Below, one piece after another: positions 51,253 through 64,000 of a DNA stretch of 64,000 nt. The notes beneath the pieces are model-generated. The model was not told the DNA's origin and searched no databases. It saw nothing but the letters and a program-made list of their open reading frames with translations. Position 1 is the stretch's first letter. Each line of letters opens with the position of its first letter. The stretch is from the NCBI RefSeq assembly GCF_009834535.1, contig NC_045707.1, positions 58,468,001-58,532,000 of the forward strand. The letters run 5' to 3'. This DNA comes from Camelus ferus. Its lineage: Eukaryota. The position numbers and the translations under genes are program-made.

Positions 51253-54200
51253 ATATGTAATTGTCCTTTAGAATCTCAGTGAAGTGAGAATTTGGTTTTA
51301 TCCATTTGTGCCTGAAAAGTCTTTTTAACTAGGAAGGCGATCAAATGACAGTCCTACATACTAGAGGAATATTACCAATTATTTGCTCTTTCCTATGATG
51401 TTTTTAGAAACCTCATCAGGAAGCAAACAGCATTTATTATGCATAGAGATACAGTTATAATTGGTGATTGAAATTCGGACCAAGGATGCAGATGTAAGTG
51501 AATCATAGCTGTGGCCAAAGATGTATCAAATCAAATGCAACTCTGTATCTATACTTGTTTAAAGGGAAACGATTATGTTCCAAGTACCAAAGAATGGACA
51601 CATAGATACTCAGCACACTAAAATAGATCATGGTCTATATATAAGACAATTCAATATTACATCATACCAATTACATTATAAATCTGCCTAGCAACAAATA
51701 TTCTTAGATACAATAAGCTTAGATTTTGTTCATATTCTTGGAATTCTCCTGGGAACTGATTCTTTTTTATTTCCCTCTGGGTAAATTTCCATGTTGCTAG
51801 CAGAGACTTAAATCAGAGCTTTAACTAAATCTTAACTTTAAATAAAAGTTAAATTAAGCTGAGCCACAAGCTCTCTGTGCATCATGGAACAGGATAAAAA
51901 GGTGATAGAGAGGAAAGAGATACTGAATAAGCACTGACCCCCCCACAAAAAAAATTAGTGAAAGAAACTCATTAATTTTCATGACCATCAGCAAAAACAG
52001 TAACAGTGATTTTGCTAAGCATCAAACTGCCTCCCTTTTATAGAAAAAGACCAAAAAGGTAAAAAGGGTACTGAGCCATTTTCATTGTTGGGTGCTAAGA
52101 TGTTTTGTTGACAGTTTTTCCGAAGACTTCAGACTTCATCTGTAAAGTGGATGACAATTACTGTAACCTGGACTTTGAAATGGGAGTTTGGAAACATCTC
52201 TCACAGTATAGTGAACACCTCTACCGCATACACTGATTCGAAAATACTTTTGTACACCTACTGTGTGCTTGCCTCTGTGATCAAACTTGGTTTCAGAATT
52301 GGGAACAACAGACAGGGCTGCTCACGGTGCAGCGGGGAAGGCAGACGTGAACAAGTAAACAGATGCAAGTAAATACACCCTCCTAGAATGCTGTGGGTCA
52401 CAATGAGAGCTTGCTGCATTTCTCTAATGCGGTAAATTGTGCATGACAAGGAAGATTGTTACTGGCATCCATATTACAAGTTCCCGCAGTTAACCTTAAC
52501 CTTTTTTATAAGGATTCCCATTCAGGGCATTGATTTTGTTGTGCGGAGATTCTTGGAAGGTATGAGTTACCATTTGACAGCTAAGTATACTTAGAAACAA
52601 ACAAAAAAGAAACGGCATCAGTTCTTTTGATCCTTGGACAAAAGAGATGCCATAAGGAAGAATGACTTTAACCCATTCGAAAAAAGTACCAAGTAATGGA
52701 TGATCAGAAACAAACAAAGAAACTTGGGCTTTTTGATTGAATATGTATCCTCCAAATGCTTTTCTGTGAAGTCAATGTTTTTCTAATTAGGCTTAAAAAT
52801 GGGAAATTTTCTTGCAAAATTGATTTTCTATTAAGGCACTAAAGCAGTTTCTCTTCCCTTCTGCTTGGGTACTAATTAAATTATGTCCCAACTTGTTTTA
52901 ATTCAGCAATCAATTTTTCCTCTATTTGTACTAGATCACAGAATCTCATTTAAAAATCGCTCTTTAATGAATTCTGCACAAAGGAGAGGTGATGGATGCT
53001 CTCTGATGGAGACAAAATAGTACTGGTCGAGTCAGGAGACAGACTCGAAAAAACAAAAAAGGGATTCGGTTGTATTCTGGTGGTATATTTCTTAGGCTGT
53101 TTTGAGAGATAAGAAATAGTAGTGAGAGGCATGGGGGTGAAAACTTAGGAACAAAATGCTAAAAGAAGAAGGGTCTAAATGCTTTGAAGATCTACTTGAC
53201 ACTGGGGCACAGGACTGAGACACTTTCTACAATGATCATAAATAAAATTTATTAAAGAAGATAGAATCTTAGTTATTGATTGTAACATCTGAAGGAATTA
53301 AGTGAGAATACTGAGTGGATTGTTCCAAAAGTCCGAAGGTTGGCTTCAGGTTTGATTTGTGGGGAGCATAAATAAATATTCTTGATTCCAATGAAGAAAA
53401 TTTCAAAAATCCACCAGGCAGACTAAGGCTGCACATATTAGAAGCCTTTTGCAAATGGAAGAACTGTATATGCTGATAGTAAAGGATGCTCTTTGAGGCT
53501 TTCCCATGAAGAAGGGGAAAATTAAGAAAATAAGATATCTAACCATCTCTCAAAACTCAAAGGATTTCTGTTTTAAAGAAACAGAGGGATAGAGAGATGT
53601 AGCTGGCTTGTGAGCTCAGGGTCCATCTTCATCTCTTGGGAGGTGGAAGGGGGGAGGGTGACCAGCCATGCAACATACGAAAAGGCAAATGAACCTGAAC
53701 TAGGCAGGTGGACTTGACTGTGTTAATTAGAGAAACGTTATCAAGTCAGAAGGGAAACCTCAGCAGAGAAGTTTTCACGAGGGACTAGAATCTAACAATG
53801 GGAGTTGTGTGCTTGCTACGGCGCTTCTGGATAATTTATCTCTTCAACACCCTCTGTATTTTAAGCATGTGCTCAGTAACTTTCAGATAAGGCTGCTTCC
53901 CATTTTTTCCCCAAATTGCTTGCATATTAGTCACTAAAATAACACGTAATTCTTTACCTTACATAATTAACACATAATTCTTTAACTTATATAATTGCTT
54001 CATCATCTTATGACTTTTATATATTTTAACTTTCAACAACAAAGTCCTGCCCTGTTCTATCACAGACCCAGGGTTGGATCTGAGTGGGCTGGATTTAACC
54101 CGTATGAATCCAAGTCTCCCTGAACAGACTACTGTGATTAGTGGTTCAGTATTTAGATTCCAGAGCTGTTTCTTGAATGCCTTTTTCTCAGTTTCTTTGG

Positions 54201-56872
54201 TACGTTTTGCTCATTATGACATTAAAAATAAGATTTAACATTTTAGAGGAAAGCAAAACAAAAATCCTCAACAAAATTGCTCATATACAGAGGAAGAACA
54301 TTTCTTTAAAATTATGAGAACTAAAGTCAATCTAAGACTTCAGATGATTGGTACAGCTAAATTTTCTCCAGTTAATGAACAGTGGCATGAAAAAAGAGCA
54401 CAGATCAGTGAGAATAAGTAATTCTTTAGATTTAAATGTGACCAGAATCTTACTTTATTTATTATGAGAAAGTTTGTATCTGAATCTAGTCATCCTGGAG
54501 ATACTTTGTAAGCTAGACATCTGTTTCATGAGATTTCCTACATCACAAGAAAAGGCAACAGTCACTCAGTTGAACACCAAAAATTATTATTCCCAAGTAG
54601 ATCTCAAAGAGGAAAGATTCCAGAGTTTAAAAATGTAGTTAAAATGTAGTCTCATTAAAAACTTCTACAGACATTCAGTAAGTACAACGGTGGTGAGAAA
54701 AAGAATAGAGAAATACAGAAAGAGGAAAAAGAGCAGAACAGAGAGGGAGACGAATGCACAAGAAAGAAAAAACAAAAAAGTAGATTGGTCAAGAAGAGAG
54801 ACTGGGTGACCTCTTGCTAATGGGACATACACACATGGCAGCTTCCATGCTAGGCATTTGGTACCCTATCCTACTTATAATCTGTAGGATAAGGGGTAGG
54901 TCATGTTAGAGCACTCTCTAGGTGAAAAAAAACCCTCTGAATTTTAGAGAGCTGTAAGTGATTTGTCCAAGGTCTCTGACCTAGTCAATGGATCAGTCAG
55001 GACTGAAACCCAGGAGTGTTGGATCTTAAAGGTAAGACATTTCCCAGAAACCAGTCTCGCTGGCAATGAGCAAGGCAAAGATGGGGGTGAGGGAGGAACA
55101 TGCGACAGCTCTAAGCCCCATGAAAGCAGGAGCAGTGTCCACTCTCGCCACTTTCTTTCTTTTTTTTTTTAACACCTGGCACAGTTCCAGGAATATGGCA
55201 CCATATATGAAGTATTTGCATACTGAATCTTTTTGAATGAGTTGGGTGACAATGATCTTAGATAGGGAGAGAAGACATGGAAGAAGAAAGAAATAGAAGA
55301 AAGAAAGAGAGCAAGTCAGGGGGTGAGAACAAAAATGTGATTTTTTTTCTTGAGGGGGGAGGGCAGTCTACCTAAACTGTTAGATTCTAGAAAGTCAAAT
55401 CTGTCCACTTAGTGTCAAGTATCAGACTCTGCCCATAGAGGAAACTACCCAATGGCTTGCATTTCCTAACTCAGGCAAAAATGTTTACCAACTTTCTAGA
55501 AACCCAGCAGGGTGTGGTAGTGGAATCCATGCAACTTGATAGTGACCAGCTAGTAGAGGTGAGGGATGTGAGCCATGGACCCTGGACAGGTGGGCAGTGT
55601 GAGGCACAAGTCAGCCATGTCTGGATACTCAACCAAAAAGCCAACCAATAATCAGTCAGTTAACAAAGACCCATCAGTTAATAAATACCTGTTATGGCCC
55701 CACTTTATGCCCCCACCCCCAGCCACAGGAATTTACATGGAGTCAGATACTTCTATAAAAGATAAAAATTCAATGAAACAGCTCACGACTTTGTTAAATG
55801 ATTAGAAGCATGGTGATCAAATGATTAAACATTTCTTTTCATACAGATGTTGGATTTAATATCGATATTACTTACTCACAGGGAAGAACTATTCATAAAA
55901 GTCATAAAATTTAAAAACTCAAGTATCTTATTCTTAGGTGGTTCTATCGACAGAGAGGCTAAATCTATTTCCCTACCAAAGAATCTAATTTTGAGTAACC
56001 TATTTGGTTAAGTAATGGGTATTTCCTTCCCACAAAAAAAGCAGAGCTTAACTCAAATAATTTTGCTTCCTTTTGTACAACCAAGTCATAATTGTACAGC
56101 ACTAGTAAAATTCAAGTTCAGGGCAGTAATAAACATATCTGTTCTTAAAACCTCACTTCGTAGTAATGGCCACAGGGAACCTTATGTTTCTCAGGTAATG
56201 GTCTTGGTTGAGGTTCTCTGCAGTCTCGGGCTACTCTGATTTCCCTGGTGGCCCAAAGTGACCACACCTGACATAATCCTAGAGATCTAGGAATCTTAAA
56301 TGATGGAGGCTGTTGGCAAATTCTTGGGTCTTTAAAAACCCATGTCAGGACTTAAAAAAAAAAAAAAGCTGGAAAAGGAGTTGCTAATTTTAGGGATTCA
56401 GAGAAACTAAGAGGAGTTTGCTTTTCTGGTATCGGCCTGTTGATACATAAGCACAGAAAAATGCTAGTGTCAGGCTGGCATGGAATAATCAAATAGGATT
56501 CATTATGATGTAGTTTAGATGCACTAAGGATATTGAACATCCCCTTTTAAAATCACAGAAAAACCCTGGGCTAAACTACTATAACTGGGGAAAAACAATG
56601 TGAAGAGGACTATAAAAATGTGAGTCATTAAAAACAGATTTCAGATCAGCCTTTGTGAATTTCATTTGATGTCTCACCCATCATGCTCTTGTATCTTTAG
56701 CAAAAACAATGAACTATCTGTGATATGCAGAAATAATCAAGGGAAAAAAATGCCATTTCATTTCTATTTAAGAGCTACATAACCCATGTAGAAAACATAA
56801 CTTTTTTTTTTTTGTGGAAAAATACAAAAAGTAAGATGACTTTTCACTGTCCATTTAAAGAAGTAGAGGGGG

Positions 56873-56896
56873 GTGTGTGTGTGTGTGTGTGCGCGC
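56873..56896. repeat. (GT)9(GC)3 microsatellite
   Basis: Directly visible alternating purine-pyrimidine tract. Confidence 0.9.
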
Positions 56897-57134
56897 CGTC
56901 TCTCCGAGGAATTATCTATAGACCTGCACACGTCTCTCTCTTTTCTTTCAAACAAGACCCAGAAGACCTGTGTACTTTTACCAAGGTTACACAGTCCCCT
57001 AACCCTCTTTGGCCATCTGTCAGCTGCTGTAGGCCCAGTCATCCTTTGTAAAGAGCATCTCTCAGTAGGTTATTATGTGGGTAGTAACTGGCGAGTACAG
57101 CTTGTCATATTGGAAATGGTAGCAATTCTCTTAC

Positions 57135-57302
57135 CTCTTCCTTCTCTGCACTTTGCAGATCACGCCATTCCTCGGTTACGTGACCGAAATCCACTGTGTT
57201 CATAGGGACTTTAAATTCCCCAATGATGTCATGCTTGGAGAAACGATCAAAATCATACACGGCCATCACCAGAGTCTTGCCACCCAGTTCCGAGTATGGC
57301 AC
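57135..57302 (-). CDS. SYT1: SYT1 internal coding exon, second part of C2A and linker ([56 protein letters not shown])
   Basis: Contains the C2A loop-3 motif [10 protein letters not shown]. Acceptor ctcctctttctatacag|GTG, donor GAG|gtaaga; 168 bp, phase 0/0, in frame with the previous exon. Confidence 0.98.

Positions 57303-64000
<6,698 letters not shown>

Larger units (their letters stand above)
21538..57134 (-). other. SYT1: SYT1 intron (about 35.6 kb, GT-AG) between the C2A and C2B exons
   Basis: Joining the exons gives continuous SYT1 protein (AEKEE|QEKLG), so no constitutive exon is missing. Confidence 0.92.

Noticed and set aside
21538..57134. Search for a duplicated or mutually exclusive C2B exon
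   Set aside because: No second [17 protein letters not shown] or [11 protein letters not shown] coding stretch seen by eye; TBLASTN with the exon peptide would be decisive.

Overview
Mammalian, AT-rich, repeat-laden genomic DNA lying entirely inside the synaptotagmin-1 gene (SYT1) on the minus strand. Three consecutive internal coding exons are present: 60704-60537 (168 bp), 57302-57135 (168 bp) and 21537-21420 (118 bp). All have canonical AG/GT ends and splice in frame into most of C2A, the C2A-C2B linker and the start of C2B. The flanking exons lie outside the window. Two tRNA-derived SINEs look like the camelid vic-1 family, which points to alpaca, llama or camel. Everything else is intron containing L1 3' ends with target-site duplications, L2, MIR, MaLR/ERV solo LTRs and DNA-transposon relics. 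Apart from the two that overlap SYT1 exons, the six-frame ORFs look like noise. I found no convincing novel biological system. The best leads are a heavily decayed LTR-retrotransposon gag-pro relic (about 29.5-33.1 kb), a divergent pair of strong CTCF motifs (28.6 and 29.75 kb), inverted SINEs bracketing the C2B exon, a candidate poison exon, several neuronal-enhancer-like motif clusters and a diverged 70-bp local duplication. Repeat family names and boundaries were assigned by eye and are approximate.
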